A stretch of DNA of 64,000 bases from Mobula hypostoma (lineage: Eukaryota), in assembly GCF_963921235.1 (NCBI RefSeq), contig NC_086107.1, positions 108,936,001 through 109,000,000 of the forward strand. The letters run 5' to 3'. Each line of letters opens with the position of its first letter. Position 1 is the first letter of the stretch. Of the stretch, positions 25,558 to 37,972 are shown piece by piece. The translations under genes were made by a program, and so were the position numbers. The notes under the pieces were generated by a model, which worked only from the letters and a program-made list of their open reading frames with translations, did no database searches and was not told the origin of the DNA.

Positions 25558-25683
25558 GTACCTCTTCCTAGAGATGCTGCCTGGCCTGCTGCGTTCACCA
25601 GCAACTTTGATGTGTGTTGCTTGAATTTCCAGCATCTGCAGAATTCCTGGTGTTTGCGATGATACAGTGGTGTTGCAGTTCAT

Positions 25684-25985
25684 AATCATCACCATCATTA
25701 CGTCCCGTGTCGTATGACGTGGCAATCATGATCTTTGACCATGATTATTCTTGACAAATCTTTCTACAGTAGTGGTTTGCCATCGCCTTCTTCTGGGCAG
25801 TGTCTTTACAAGATGGGTGACCCAGCCATTATCAATACTCTTCATAGATTGTCTGCCCGGCGTCAGTGGTCGCATAACCAGGGCTTGTGATATGCGCCAG
25901 CTGCTCATACGACCGTCCACCACCTGCTCCCATGGTTTCGCGTGACACTGATCAGGGCTAAGTATGTGCTACATCTTGCTAAGGA
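25684..25985 (-). mobile_element. RTE-related non-autonomous element (copy 2)
   Basis: Aligns with 5529-5860; (GAT)n-like tail. Confidence 0.6.
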
Positions 25986-25989
25986 TTGT

Positions 25990-26255
25990 AATAGCACAAT
26001 GCTATTAGAGCTCGGGGAGTCAAAGTTCAGAGTTCAAATCCAACGTTATCTGTAAGGAGTCTCTGTACGTCCTCCCTGTGCAATGTATGGGTTTTCTCCG
26101 GGTGCTCCAGATTCCTCCCATATTCCAACCACGTACTGGTTAGTAGGTTAATTGGTCATTGTGAATTGTCCTGTGATTAGACTAGGGTTAAATCGGAGGT
26201 TGTTGGGTAACCCCCAAAGTGCCAGAAGGGCCTGTACCGTGCTGTATCGCTAAAT
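25990..26255 (+). mobile_element. V-SINE
   Basis: GAGTTCAAATCC B box, V-domain GGTTTTCTCCGGGTGCTCC, CR1-like tail. Confidence 0.75.
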
Positions 26256-26599
26256 AAAATTTAAAAATTAAATACAAGCATGCTTACTTTCAGAGCCACA
26301 CACACACACACACACACACACAAACGCATATCTACATAGGGCGGACATGCAGAGATACTAAGAAGCCAAGAGTAAGATCTAGAGAGAAAAGCACATCGGT
26401 AGAAAGGCACAGGCAGGCGAGGCGCTGACCGAGAGACAGACCACTGGGCTATTGCTTTCTGCTTGCTGCATAGACATTTGATTTTGTTTTACAGACTGGA
26501 CCACATGGGCCTGACCATTCATCAGTGCTCAGCTGACTGAATCCAGATTTAAATCTGCATTTCAGTGAACTGCTGAGTTACGCAGTGGAATACTGAATG

Positions 26600-27430
26600 G
26601 GGAGGAATTTCTTTGCAGGGAAGGGAGGGATGAAGCTGCAAGAGCAGAGTGCGGAGGGTCAGAGCAAAGGACAGCAGTGGACAGAGAGAATGGAAAGAAT
26701 TAGAAGGGAAAAGGGGGGAAGATGATTGGGGGAGGGGAAGAACGAGAGAGGGAAAATGATAAAAAAGGGACTGTGGAATAGCAGGAAACAAGTATAGAAC
26801 CAGAGACAGTGAGAGATAGGGGGCGGGCAAGAGGGGGAACGGGAATAAGAAACAGGGAGATTCTAAACTGAGACAGAGGGAGACAGGCAGATGAACAAAG
26901 AAGTGAGAAAAGGGGTCTCAGATGCAGAGAGAGAGAGAGGAAGACAAAGACAGTGATGCAAAGAGAGAAATTAATCAGAGAGAGAGAGAGACAGATAGAG
27001 ATCGTGATGCAGGGAAAGAGAGACAGAGACAGAGATGCACAGATAGAGAGAGACATATAGAGACAGAATTAGACAGGCAGAGATAGACAGAGATGTATAA
27101 AGAGACAGACAGAGATGCAGAGAGAGATGTGAGAACAAGTGAGGAACAGAGACAGGTAGAAATAGAAATAGAGGAAAGAGGGAGAGAGACATATAGAGAC
27201 AGAGATAGAGATGCAGAGAGAAAGATGGGGTAGAGAGCAAAAGACATATAAAGAGATATAAAGAGACTGAGATGCAGAGAGAGACCTAGAGAGAAATAGA
27301 CAGAGATAACCAGATATAGAGATAGAGAGAGAGCAAGAGAGAGAGAGAGAGAGACATATAGAGAGATAGAGGGATAGATAGACAGAAGATAGATAGAGAT
27401 AGAGAAAGATATTTAGAATGAAGAATAAAG
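26600..27430. repeat. Purine-rich (GA/GATA/GACA) low-complexity tract
   Basis: About 800 bp dominated by G and A on the + strand. Confidence 0.9.
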
Positions 27431-27732
27431 AAAATGTGCCTTCAAGAGAAGCGAGGGAGAAATGGCGAGCATGAAAAACTAATTAATTGATTAACAAGGC
27501 AGAGGGCTGAATGACTCTCCGGAGCAACTCCACAATGAGCAAAAAGATTAGAAAATAGGAAGAGTTGCCAGGCTTTGGTGAGAACTTATTTGAAGTTCTA
27601 TGTGCTGCCAGCGGACAAGGAGGACAAGATACAGAGAGAGGGAAACATGTCCAAGCAAAAAGGGCGAAGAAGTGTACTGCATTTGTAAGGTGGAAACCTG
27701 TGCTATCAGAAGACTGAGGTTCAAATCTTTCA

Positions 27733-27870
27733 AATTCTTTGACCAGTCCAGTTTATTGTCAATTCGTATCCCCAGGTGTTTGTAATCCTCCACCATGTCC
27801 ACACTGACCCCCTGGATGGAAACAGGGGTCACCGGTACCTTAGCTCTCCTCAGGTCTACCACCAGCTCCT
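27733..27870 (-). mobile_element. Rex1/Babar RT C-terminal fragment
   Basis: KELVVDLRR...VEDYKHLGIRIDNKLDWSKN. Confidence 0.75.
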
Positions 27871-27945
27871 TAGAGATTCCTCTGGACAGAGAAGAGTTGT
27901 TCAAGTTGTTTAAGGCATTGGTGAGGCCTAATTTCACAGTTCAAA

Positions 27946-28400
27946 GGTTCAAAGGTGCAATTTGATGTCAGAGAAATGTATATAATATACATCCTGAAAT
28001 GCTTTTTCTTTGCAAACATCCACCAAAACAGAGAAGTGCCCCAAAGAATGAATGACAGTTAAACGTAAGAACCCCAAAGTCCCCTGCAACTCTCCTCCTT
28101 CCTGCGAGTAAGCGGCAGCAAGCGACAACCCCCCCCGCTCCCACCAGCAAAAAAAAGGCAAGCATCAGCGCCACAACCGAGCACTCAAGTGTGAGCAAAG
28201 CAACAGCAAAGACACAGACTTGCAGTTCCCCCAAAGACTTCGGGTTACAGCCGGCATTCGACATACAACAGATTCTCTCTCTCCCTAATAAGGGAGAAAA
28301 AGGTGTCTCCATTTTCCCAGCGAGCGGGGAAACATAACAAACAACTCACTGGTTTACGATGTTAAAAAGTCCGTTACGTCACTTTTTTTGAGCTCTGTGC
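27946..28400 (-). mobile_element. Non-coding retroelement with (CCTTTGAA)n tail, inserted in a CR1
   Basis: CR1 sequence ...GAGGCCTAATTT resumes as TTTTGGAGTATTG after 28400; tail resembles that of 62322-63104. Confidence 0.55.
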
Positions 28401-29292
28401 ATTTTGGAGTATTGCGTGCACTTTTGGGTCACCTACCTATAGGAAAGATGTAAATGAGATTGAAAGAGTACAAAGAAAATTTACAAGGATGTTACTGAGT
28501 CTGGAGGATCTGAGTTAGATGGAAAAATTGAATAGGTTGGGACTTCATTCCTTGAAATGTAAAAGATTGAGTGGAGATTTAGTAGAGGTATACAAAATTA
28601 TGAGGGGTACACATAAGGTAAATGCAGGCAGGCTTTTTCCACTGAGGTTGGGTGAGACTACAACTAGAGGTCATGGGTTAGGGGTGAAAGGTGAAAAGCT
28701 TAAGGGGAATATGAGGGGAATCTTCTTCACTCAGAGGGACACAAGAGCGTGGAATGATCTGCCAGCGCAGGTGGTGCATGTGGGCTCGATTTCAATGTTT
28801 AAGAGAAGTTTGGATAGGTACATCCAAACTTTGGTATATGGAACAAATTGCCTGAAGAAGTGGTAGAGGTGGGTAAATTTGCAAAATTTTAAAGACATTT
28901 GGCCAAGGACAGGAAAATCTAGCAAGCCATCATCCGAGAAGGAACAGCAATTTTCGAAGCCAACAGATGTGCAGAATTAGAAGAAAAGAGAAGAAAATGG
29001 AAAGAGAGGCAGCAACAACCAAAGCCCGATATGCCATCTGGAATTACCTGTCCTGAATGTGGAAGAACTTTCAAAGCCAAGATTGGACTCATAAGCCACT
29101 TGAGAGCCCATAAGTAGATCAGCAGAATGAAGACCATCACCCTCGACCTCGAGGGATAGCCACGACAACGACGACGGATAGGTACACGGACGGCTATGGT
29201 CCCGGTGTAGGTTGATGGAAATAGGCAGTTTAAATGGCTCGGCATGGACTAGTTAGGCCAATGGGCCTGATTCTGTGCTGTACTTCTCTATG
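28401..29292 (+). mobile_element. CR1 3' fragment hosting an RTE insertion
   Basis: ORF 28519-28866 is the CR1 C-terminus; 3'UTR resumes after 29176. Confidence 0.85.
28899..29175 (+). mobile_element. RTE-clade LINE 3' end with C2H2 zinc finger
   Basis: Translates AKDRKI*QAIIREGTAIFEANR...CPECGRTFKAKIGLISHLRAHK*; 3' hairpin CCCTCGA-CC-TCGAGGG; (ACG)n tail. Confidence 0.85.
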
Positions 29293-29317
29293 TCTTCATA
29301 ACTCCACAAACCTATGA

Positions 29318-29625
29318 CAGGGTGGGGTTGTTTTCCCTCAGCTGAGGAGGTTGAGGTTTATAAAATCATGAGAGGCTGGATTAGCTGAATGATCACAGTT
29401 CCTTTTTTCTCAGGGTGGGGGGAGTCTAAATCTAGAGGTGTAATTTAAGAATCGAAGGAAAAGATTTAAAGGGGAATTGAGAGGAAAGCTTTTTACACAG
29501 CGGGTGGTTGGTGTATGGAACAAATTGCCTGAAGAAGTGGTAGAGGCGGGTAAATTTACAATATTTAAAAGGCATTTGGACAGGTACGTGTGTATGAAAC
29601 ACTGTGTGGGGGATATGGGCCAAAT
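29318..29625 (+). mobile_element. CR1 3' fragment
   Basis: FTQRVVGVWNKLPEEVVEAG...FKRHLDRY. Confidence 0.8.
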
Positions 29626-29654
29626 TGGGAGTGATCAGGGCCGCACGATAATAG

Positions 29655-30025
29655 CATAGATAGATAGATAGATAGATATACTTTATTGATCCCAAGGGAA
29701 ATTGGGTTTCATTACAGCCGCACCAACCAAGAATAGAGCATAAATATAGCAATACAGAAACCACAAACAATCAAACAACAAAATGCAAACTATGCCAGAT
29801 GGAAAATAAGTCCAGGACCAGTCTATTAGCTCAGGGTATCTGACCCTCCACGGGAGGAGCTGCGCGTTCGATGACCACAGGCAGGAACGACTTCCCGTGC
29901 CGCCCAGTGTTGTATCTCGGTGGAATATGGCCGAAGTCCAACAGCAAAAAGTTCAATATCTGGTCTACAAACACGTTCCTCAACCGTAATATGACCCGGA
30001 TTGCACCATCTGTTGTTAACCAGAA
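29655..30025 (-). mobile_element. Rex1/Babar 3' end with (ATCT)n tail
   Basis: PPRYNTGRHGKSFLPVVI motif; AATAAAG followed by ATCT repeats on the minus strand. Confidence 0.7.
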
Positions 30026-30029
30026 CAAC

Positions 30030-30256
30030 ATAGCAGCATAGCAGTTAGTGTAATGTTATCACAACACCAGCAACCTGGGTCCATTTCCTGCTGCTGTCCG
30101 TAAGGAGTCTGTACTTTCTCCATGTGACCGCGTGGGTTTTCTCCGGGTTCTCTTTCCACTTCCAAAGAGGTAGAGGTGAGAATGTTAATGGTTCACAATA
30201 GGTTAATTGGCTCGTTGATTTGGAAGGGCATATTACCGTGTCGAATCTCTAAGTAA
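30030..30256 (+). mobile_element. V-SINE, degraded
   Basis: GTGACCGCGTGGGTTTTCTCCGGG V-domain. Confidence 0.65.
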
Positions 30257-30889
30257 AAACTAATACAATAGGTGCAGGGACATGGAACTAGCTCAAAGAT
30301 ATTTCTTGGTTGGCATAGATGTGTCGGGCCAAAGAGCCTTTTTCTGTGCTTTTAACTATAACTGTCACAGAACCAAACTAGTGAATTTACATCGCACTAG
30401 TCATAGGGCTACTCAGCACAGAATCAGGCCCGTCGACCCATTGAATTGGCATTGACCATCAAGCACCCAGAGATCCTATACCAATGCCATTCATTCTTTC
30501 CACATTCCTTATCTATCAGTGTGTCTCTCCTCATCTATTCCTCTCTTCACGTCTCCCCCTGTATTTTTGTGACTTCTTTTTTCAGAACTTGGTCATTTTT
30601 TTTTATTTGCAAGGCTAACATTTATTGGCCTTCTCTAGTCTTCCTTGGGACAGTGGCGATGACACTCAAATGGCTGGCTAGGCCTATTCAAAAGGAATTT
30701 CTTTAACACTCGAGTTTCAAAGCAAATTTATTATCAAAGTACATGTAAGTCTTCATATACAACCTTCAGATTGACTTTCTTGTGGGCATACACAGTAAAT
30801 TCAAGAAAGACAATAGAATCAATGAAAGACCATACCTAACAGGACGGACAAACAAGCAAAGTTCAAAAGACACATGTGCAAACTGTGCA

Positions 30890-31516
30890 AATTGACAATA
30901 AACTGGACCAGTCAAAGAACACTGAGGCTGTCTACAAGAAGGGTCAGAGCCGTCTCTATTTCCTGAGGAGACTGAGGTCTTTTAACATCTGCCGGACGAT
31001 GCTGAGGATGTTCTACGAGTCTGTGGTGGCCAGTGCTATCATGTTTGCTGTTGTGTGCTGGGGCAGCAGACTGAGGGTAGCAGACACCAACAGAATCAAC
31101 AAACTCATTCATAAGGCCAGTGATGTTGTGGGGATGGAACTGGACTCTCTCACGGTGGTGTCTGAAAAGAGGATGCTGTCCAAGTTGCATGCCATCTTAG
31201 ACAATGTCTCCCATCCACTACATAATGTACTGGTTGGGCACAGGAGTGCATTCAGCCAGAGACTCATTCCACCGAGATGCAACACCGAGCGTCATAGGAA
31301 GTCATTCCTGCCTGTGGCCATCAAACTTTACAACTCCTCCCTTGGAGGGTCGGACACCCTGAGCCAATAGGCTGGTCCTGGACTTATTTCATAATTTACT
31401 GGCATAATTTACATATTACTATTTAACTATTTATGGTTTTATTACTATTTATTATTTATGGTGCAACTGTAACGAAAACCAATTTCCCCCAGGATCAATA
31501 AAGTATGACTATGATT
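30890..31516 (+). mobile_element. Rex1/Babar-type LINE 3' end (young)
   Basis: Open frame KKGQSRLYFLRRLRSFN...FYESVVAS...VVCWG...RHRKSFLPVAIKLYN; (ATGACT)n tail; near-identical to 55772-56214. Confidence 0.9.
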
Positions 31517-31829
31517 ACTTCCGTTTTAGATATCAATTATAAAGATAAATACTTGTCACAAGTACATTGAAACATTGAAGTATACAGTGAGATGTGTCAT
31601 TTGCATCAAATCAAATTAGATCAGTAAGGATTGTGCTGGGGGCAGCCTGTAAATACTGCCGAGCTTGCAGTGCCAACATCGTCCACACACAACTCACTAA
31701 CCTTAATTGTACATCTTTGGAATGAGGGAGGAAACCCATGAAGACATAGCAAGAACGTGCAAACTCCTTACAGGCAATGACAGGAACTGAACGCGGGTCG
31801 CTGGCGCCATAGACCGATATACTAATCAC

Positions 31830-32000
31830 TCCAGATCCAGCAACATCTCTGTAAATTTTCTCTGCATCCTTCCGACCTTATTTACATCTTTCCTGTAGGT
31901 AGGTGACCAAAATTGCACACAATACTCCAAATTTGGCCTCACCAATATCTTATACAACTTCAACATAACATCCCATCTCCTGTACTCAATACTTTGATTT
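31830..32000 (-). mobile_element. CR1 internal fragment
   Basis: Reverse strand encodes the LYKILVRPNLEYCVQFWSP region. Confidence 0.75.
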
Positions 32001-32169
32001 ACGAAGTCTCTTCTTACAAATCAAGCCCGTGTTCCAGGGTTGAAGAGATTGTCACACGAGGATCCATTGTGTGGGATTCAAGATTCAAGATTGTGATACT
32101 TCACTACATGAGGGTAAAGGAGAACAAAATGATTGTTACCCTGGATGTAATGCCCATAAAAATCACAAT

Positions 32170-32498
32170 GCGCATAAAGAATACATTAATAAAGGCATCC
32201 GTTAGTCTTGCGAGACCATGGATCTGCGCCTGGAAAGTCTTCACTCTCCAGGGTGCAGGCCTGGGCAAGGTTGTTTGGAAGACCAGCAGTTGCCCATGCT
32301 GCAAGTCTCCCCTCTCCACGACACCGATGTTGTCCAAGGGAAGGGCAAGGGCCGATACAGCTTGGCACCAGTGTTGTCGCAGAGCAATGTGTGATTAAGT
32401 GCCTTGCTCAAGGACACAACACGCTGCCTCGGCTGGGGCTCGAACTCACGACCTTCAGATCACTAGTCCAATGCCTTAACCACTTGGCCACGTGCCCA
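32170..32498 (-). mobile_element. tRNA-derived CORE-type SINE
   Basis: Minus strand: GGGCACGTGGCCAAGTGG (A box), GAGTTCGAGCCC (B box), GTGTCCTTGAGCAAGGCACTTAA (CORE-like). Confidence 0.8.
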
Positions 32499-32799
32499 CA
32501 TTATAAAGAAATATAAAAGCAATCCTATAAAAGACAAGGTACAAGTAACTGTTACATACATAAAGTGACACTAGGTGGTGTGTGTGTAGTGGCGGGGTGG
32601 GTTAATGGGTGGAGGTGTTAATCAGCCTGACGGTAACTGTTTTTGAGTCTGGTGGTCCTGGCGTGCATGCTGTATCATCTCTTCTCTGATGGGAGTGGGA
32701 CAAACAGTCCTGAGCAGGGTAGGTGGGATCCTTCATGATATTGCCGGTGCCCCTCTGTGTATATGTCTTTGATGGCGGGTAGGCTGGTGCTACTAATGT

Positions 32800-33290
32800 G
32801 GGAGGGGAAGAAACGGTTCCTCAGTTGTTGAGTGTGTGCCTTCAGGCTTCTGTACCTCCTCCCTGATGGTAGCAATGAGAAGAGGGCTTGTCCTGGGGGA
32901 TGGGGGGGGGAGGGTCCTTAATGATGGATGCCGCCTTTTTTGGGCATCGCTCTTTGAAGATGTCCTGGCTGCTGGGGAGGCTGGTGCCCATGATGGAGCT
33001 GACTGAGTTCACAACTTTCTGCAGCTTATTTCGATCCTGTGCAGTAGTGCCCCCCCGGCACCCCGTCCCCACATACTAGTCGGTGAGGTGATGCAGCCAG
33101 TTAGAATGCGCTCCACGGTACATCTGTACTATTAGTCGTGAGTACAGGCGTGCAAAGGCCAGCTCTCTTCGGGCTCCTCAGAAAGTTGAGGTGCTGGCGA
33201 GCATTCTTGACTGCCAAGGGTGTGTGCTGGGGCCATGAGAGGCTGTGTGAGATACACACTCCCAGGAGTCTGAAACTGCTGGAAGGGGAC
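32800..33290 (-). mobile_element. Rex1/Babar fragment
   Basis: ARQHLNFLR...QDIFKERCPKKAASIIKDP...LPSGRRYRSLKAHT. Confidence 0.75.
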
Positions 33291-33507
33291 AGGTGCTCTG
33301 GAGTTCTGAAGAATGAGAAGTCATCCCACTGAGATTCACAGCGTGCTGACAGACACGAACACAATGGATGCCTTTTCCTCCGGCTGGAGACTCTCCGCCC
33401 AGAGAAGTTCAAAGTTCAAAATAAATTTTATTATCAAAGAACATGTATGCCACCATATACAACCCTGAGGTTCGTTTTCTTGTGAGCGTATTCAGCAAAT
33501 CCACAGA

Positions 33508-34462
33508 AGGTAGCGTAGTGGTTAGCGCAATGCTTTGCAGCGCCAGCCACCAGGGTTCAATTCCCGCCACTGCCTGTAGGAAGTTTGTACGTTCTCCCCG
33601 TGACCGCGTGGGTTTCCTCTGGGTGCTCCGCTTTCCTCCCGCAGATCAAAAGTACAATGTCAATTGGTCAATTAACAATACTAGATTATTAGATTATGAG
33701 GACACGCAGTCCTCTTTTATTGTCATCTAGTAAAGCATGCATTAAGAAATGGTACAATGTTCCTCCAGAATGATATCACAGAAACACAAGACAAACCAAG
33801 ACTGAAAAAACTGGCAAAACCACATAATTATATAGTGCATAGCAATACCGTAATTTGATAAAGAACAGACCATGGGCACGGTAAAAAAAAGTCTCAAAGT
33901 CTCTCAAAAGTCCCATCATCTCACGCAGGTGGTAGAAGGAAGAGAAACTCTTCCTGCCATGAACCTCCAGCACCGCAAACTTGCCGATGCAGCACCCTGG
34001 AAGCACCCGACCACAGCCGACTCTTGAGTCCGTCCAAAAACTTCGAGCCTCCGACCAGCCCTCCGACACCGAGCACCGAGCACCATCTCTGCCGAGCGCT
34101 TCGACCCCGGCCCCGGCAGCAGGCAATAGGCAAAGCCGAGGATTTGGGGCCTTCCCCTCCGGAGGTTCTTGATTGCACAGTAGCAGCGGCAGCGAAGCGG
34201 ACATTTCAGAAATTTCTCCAGATGTTCCTCCGTGCTTCTCACATCCGTCTCCATCAAATCAGGATTGTGCACGGCCCCCTAGTTAACAAATATGATATCA
34301 TTTCGGAGCGGCTGCGTCGCGCTGCGTCACGCCATCTTCTCCTCCCCTCCTCATTGTAAATTGTCCTGTGATCAGGCCAGGATTAAATCGGGGTGGGGGA
34401 GGGGTTGCTCAGCAGTGTAGTTCAAAGGGCCATAAGGCCTTATTCCACACTGTATCTCAATA
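33508..34462 (+). mobile_element. V-SINE split by copy D
   Basis: GGTAGCGTAGTGG A box, GGGTTCAATTCC B box, V-domain; tail resumes at ~34352. Confidence 0.8.
33682..34352 (-). mobile_element. ~680-bp YY1-headed element, copy D
   Basis: Head GGAGAAGATGGCG; tail hairpin GAGGAC-TGCGT-GTCCTC. Confidence 0.9.
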
Positions 34463-36264
34463 ATAAAAAAAAAGCAGGTAAAAGATCTTCAATAATAGTG
34501 AATGGTAGAACAGGAACAAGGGGCCGAATGGTCTATTTCTGACTCTGTTTCCTCCATTCTTAAGAAATGTATGAAGTAAGTAACTAAACAGCAGAGGAGA
34601 GAAATCAGCTATGAATAGAGATTGGGCAGCAAATTCAGCTGATAAAGACAGACAAACAATTCTGTTGTTCTTGCTATACTAATTACTGATATAATTAGCA
34701 CTCCACGTTTTTTTTTCTCAGGGAGATCCACGACGAAATGAAATTCAATTTGTTCTGCGAGCTTGTTCCATCGATTCGTTGCACCTTTGTCCTAAGATTA
34801 GCAAGATAACTACCTCCAGATCATTAAAGCCGCTCTGTTTAACAGCAACACTGGTCTGAAGGCAGAACGCTGACTGGAGCAACCACTTCACTGAAGTGTG
34901 CCCATAGTCAATATCGTGCTTGATGAGCCAGAGCTCCCTGTCTCTGCTGACTGTTGGCCATTCACTAATTACTTGTTGAGACTATTGGAACTGTAGAACA
35001 AATCGGTGCTCAAGGCAAAATTGAAGCCTTGAGTTAGAGAGAAAGAAAGTTAAAGGAGAAGTGAAGAATAATTGGACAAAATACAAGATGTCCAAGAAAA
35101 AAAATCTGTCCACCACATCTAGAGTGCAAGAGATTGAGGTGAGTTTTAAACAGAATCAGATAATACCAAGAAAAAGTCAGTTGAAGGGTTTTCTCTGAGA
35201 CAGAGTGAATTAATAGAAAAGATTTTCACTTCTCTAACTCCTTTTATGATTTTAGAGTCATACAGCACAGTAATGGGCCCTTCAGCCCATCTGGTCCATA
35301 CCAACCAAAGATTCCCATCTAAGCTGGTCCCACTTGCCCACATTGGAGTCATGTCCCTCTATCAATGTACTTGTCTAAGTGCCTTTTCAGTGCAGTCAGT
35401 CTTACCTTGTTGCTAAGCGCTTTGCCACAAGTTTATTTATCACGCATAGAGCGAAACATACAGTGAAATGTGTCGTTTGCGTTAACAAGCAACACGCCTG
35501 AGAACGTGCTGGGGGCATCCTGCAAGTGTCGCCGCATAGCATTCCCATGATGCTTGGCAGAACCACACAGAACGCTACAGGGTAACTAAATAATGACAGC
35601 AAAGCAAAGCCCTGTCCCTCCCTCCCACTCAAGCATGTTCCTCTAACCCCAGGACGGGCTTGCACCCAGGCCTGCAGAAACTGGGCTTTGACCTCCCCAG
35701 TGGACTCGCTGAGATTCGCAGACTCGACCTCCAGCCGGCGGGCCTCGACTCCCAGACTTCTGATTCGTCCTCGTGCCTCGACACTTGGCATCGATTCCAG
35801 GACACGCCGATCACTGAGCAGGCTTCAAAATCCGGAATCGCTGATGGCGGGAACCTGAGCACTAGGCCTCAAATTCTGGTCTCGCTGATCCGCAAACCGG
35901 GCGGTGGGGGGGGGGGGAGACATCAGAACAAATAATGCTCTTTTGAAGTGGGCTGACTGTAAGAAATGAAGCCAGCGGATTTGCATATAGCAAGATCCCA
36001 TTAGGAATGGTTGGTGGAAGGTTAAATGTGGGTCAGATCAACAGTGAACACCACCTATCCGGTAAACTATATCTTCCAAAAACTCCCTTCTAGAAAGCAC
36101 GATAGGGCAATTAAAACAACAACCTCACAGCACCTTAAAAGTTTTTATCGCCCCAGGCAGTTAATCTGATCTACCATTCCAGTTATACACCTCACACTCC
36201 TCTATCTATTACCTCAGTCACTGCACTCTACTGTGAACAGTTTAAACCACTTTTGATAATGTAA

Positions 36265-36765
36265 GTAAGGTTGAAGAAGGTACCAAGAAAATTTACAGGA
36301 ATGTTGCCGGGTCTGTAGGACCTGACTTCTAAGGAAAGATTGAATAGGTTAGGTCTTTATTTCTTGGAATGTAGAAGACTGAGGGAAGATTTGATAGAGG
36401 TACACAAAATTATGAGGGGTACAGATACAGTAAACTTAGGCAGGCTTTTTCCACTGAGGCCGGGTGAGGCGAGTTAGAGGTCATGGGTTAAGGGTGAAAG
36501 GTGAAAAGTTTAAGGGGAACATAAGAGGGAACTTGTTCACTAGGAGGGTCGTGAGAGTGTGGAATGAGCTGCCAGCAAAGTGACGCAAGCGAGCTCGATT
36601 CCAAGTTAGGGAAGTTTGGATAGGTACATCAAAGATTGGGGATTGGAGAGCTACGATCCCAGTGCGGGTTGATGGGGCGGGGAGGGGGGGGGACAGCAGT
36701 TTAAATGGTTCAACATCGACTAGATGGGCTGAAAGGCCTGTTTCTGTGCTGTACTTTTCTATGTC
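36265..36765 (+). mobile_element. CR1 3' fragment
   Basis: CR1 C-terminal coding remnant and GGCCTGTTTCTGTGCTGT tail. Confidence 0.8.
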
Positions 36766-37419
36766 TCTATAATGCTGTAAATACGTGCTGGTATTGATGT
36801 ACTTATGCACATTTTGTTCCATATCTGTACTTTAAGCTCTGACTTTGTATTTATATAATTCTTTATTCTTATAATGTTGAATGTTGTTTTTTGTTGAATG
36901 TCATGCCCTGACCAACACAGCACAGCAAATTCCTAAAAAAAACATGTAAATGCATATGACAAATAAAATTGATCCTTGATCCTTCATTTTCAAAGTAGCA
37001 GCCACAGATTCTTTTAGATATCTGCTAAAAGGAACCGGCTTCCTCAGCACAGTGCTGTGTCAGGAGATGTAGAGGAGGCTTGGCCCAGAAGTAGAACGGT
37101 GGAGACGGCTCAAAGGTGAGCGATAACTTTAATAATACAGTACACCACAAAATAATAAGCCATGAGGGGCCACGGAACAAGAGAGAACAGAAACTAAACA
37201 CAACAGGCAACAAGGTAAACTTTAAGCAGGGAGAGTGAAGGCTAGGAGCGACTGGCTGAGGCCAGCTGGTTCAAAGAGGGAACAAGGACTGTGGCTGAGA
37301 AGTGGGGTTAAATAGGCTGCCGGTGATGTGTCTGCAATGAGTGGCAAGTGAATCCTATTAGCTGGGTGGAGACTGGGAGGTGCTTACACGTGCAGGCTGG
37401 GAGGTCTCAGTGAATCCAG

Positions 37420-37790
37420 GCCTCTGCTTCCTTTGGAGTCTGTGGAGACTTGGCATGACATCTAAAACTTTGACAAACTTCTATAGATGTGTGGTGGAGA
37501 GTAGATTGACTGGCTGGTATGGAAACACCACTGCCCTTGAACAAAAAGTAGTTGATACAGTCCAGTTCATTGTGGGTAAAGCCCTCCCCACCATTCAGCA
37601 CATCTACACAAAACGTTGTCGCAGGAAAGCAGCATCCATCATCAAGGACCCCCACCACCCAGGCCATGCTCTCTTCTCGCTACTGCCATCAGGAAGAAGG
37701 TACAAGATATTCAGGACCCACATCACCAGATTCAGGAGCAGTTACTACCCCTCAACCATCAAGCTCTTGAACCAGAGGGGATGACTTCAC
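37420..37790 (+). mobile_element. Rex1/Babar fragment
   Basis: TLTNFYRCVVES...KAASIIKDPHHPGHALFSLLPSGRRY. Confidence 0.8.
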
Positions 37791-37972
37791 GCAATGGTGA
37801 GGGTGGAGTGCTGTAGGAGGAGTGTGGGACAGGTGGTGGAGAAGGAGTGCCAGGGGGCAGGGAGTGGTGTGGGTACAGACACGTCTAGCCCTGAGACAAC
37901 AGACAAAGCCACTTGATTCCAGACAATTGGTTCATTGATCTCTGGTGCTTCCTGCTCCCTCCTCTTTTCCCA

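Larger units (their letters stand above)
25293..25658 (+). mobile_element. Short PLE insertion with inverted 5' arm and 13-bp TSD
   Basis: 25293-25416 is the reverse complement of ~25495-25618; same sequence as the 3' repeat of the PLE at 45221; TSD ATGATACAGTGGT at 25280-25292 and 25659-25671. Confidence 0.92.

Noticed and set aside
26549..27247. Leu/Ser-rich ORFs on the minus strand
   Set aside because: Translation of a low-complexity CT-rich tract.
29040..29115. Host C2H2 zinc-finger exon
   Set aside because: It is the C-terminus of an RTE ORF, followed by the element tail and TSD.
32430..32498. tRNA gene
   Set aside because: The tRNA-like head runs directly into CORE and tail sequence with no terminator; it is a SINE.
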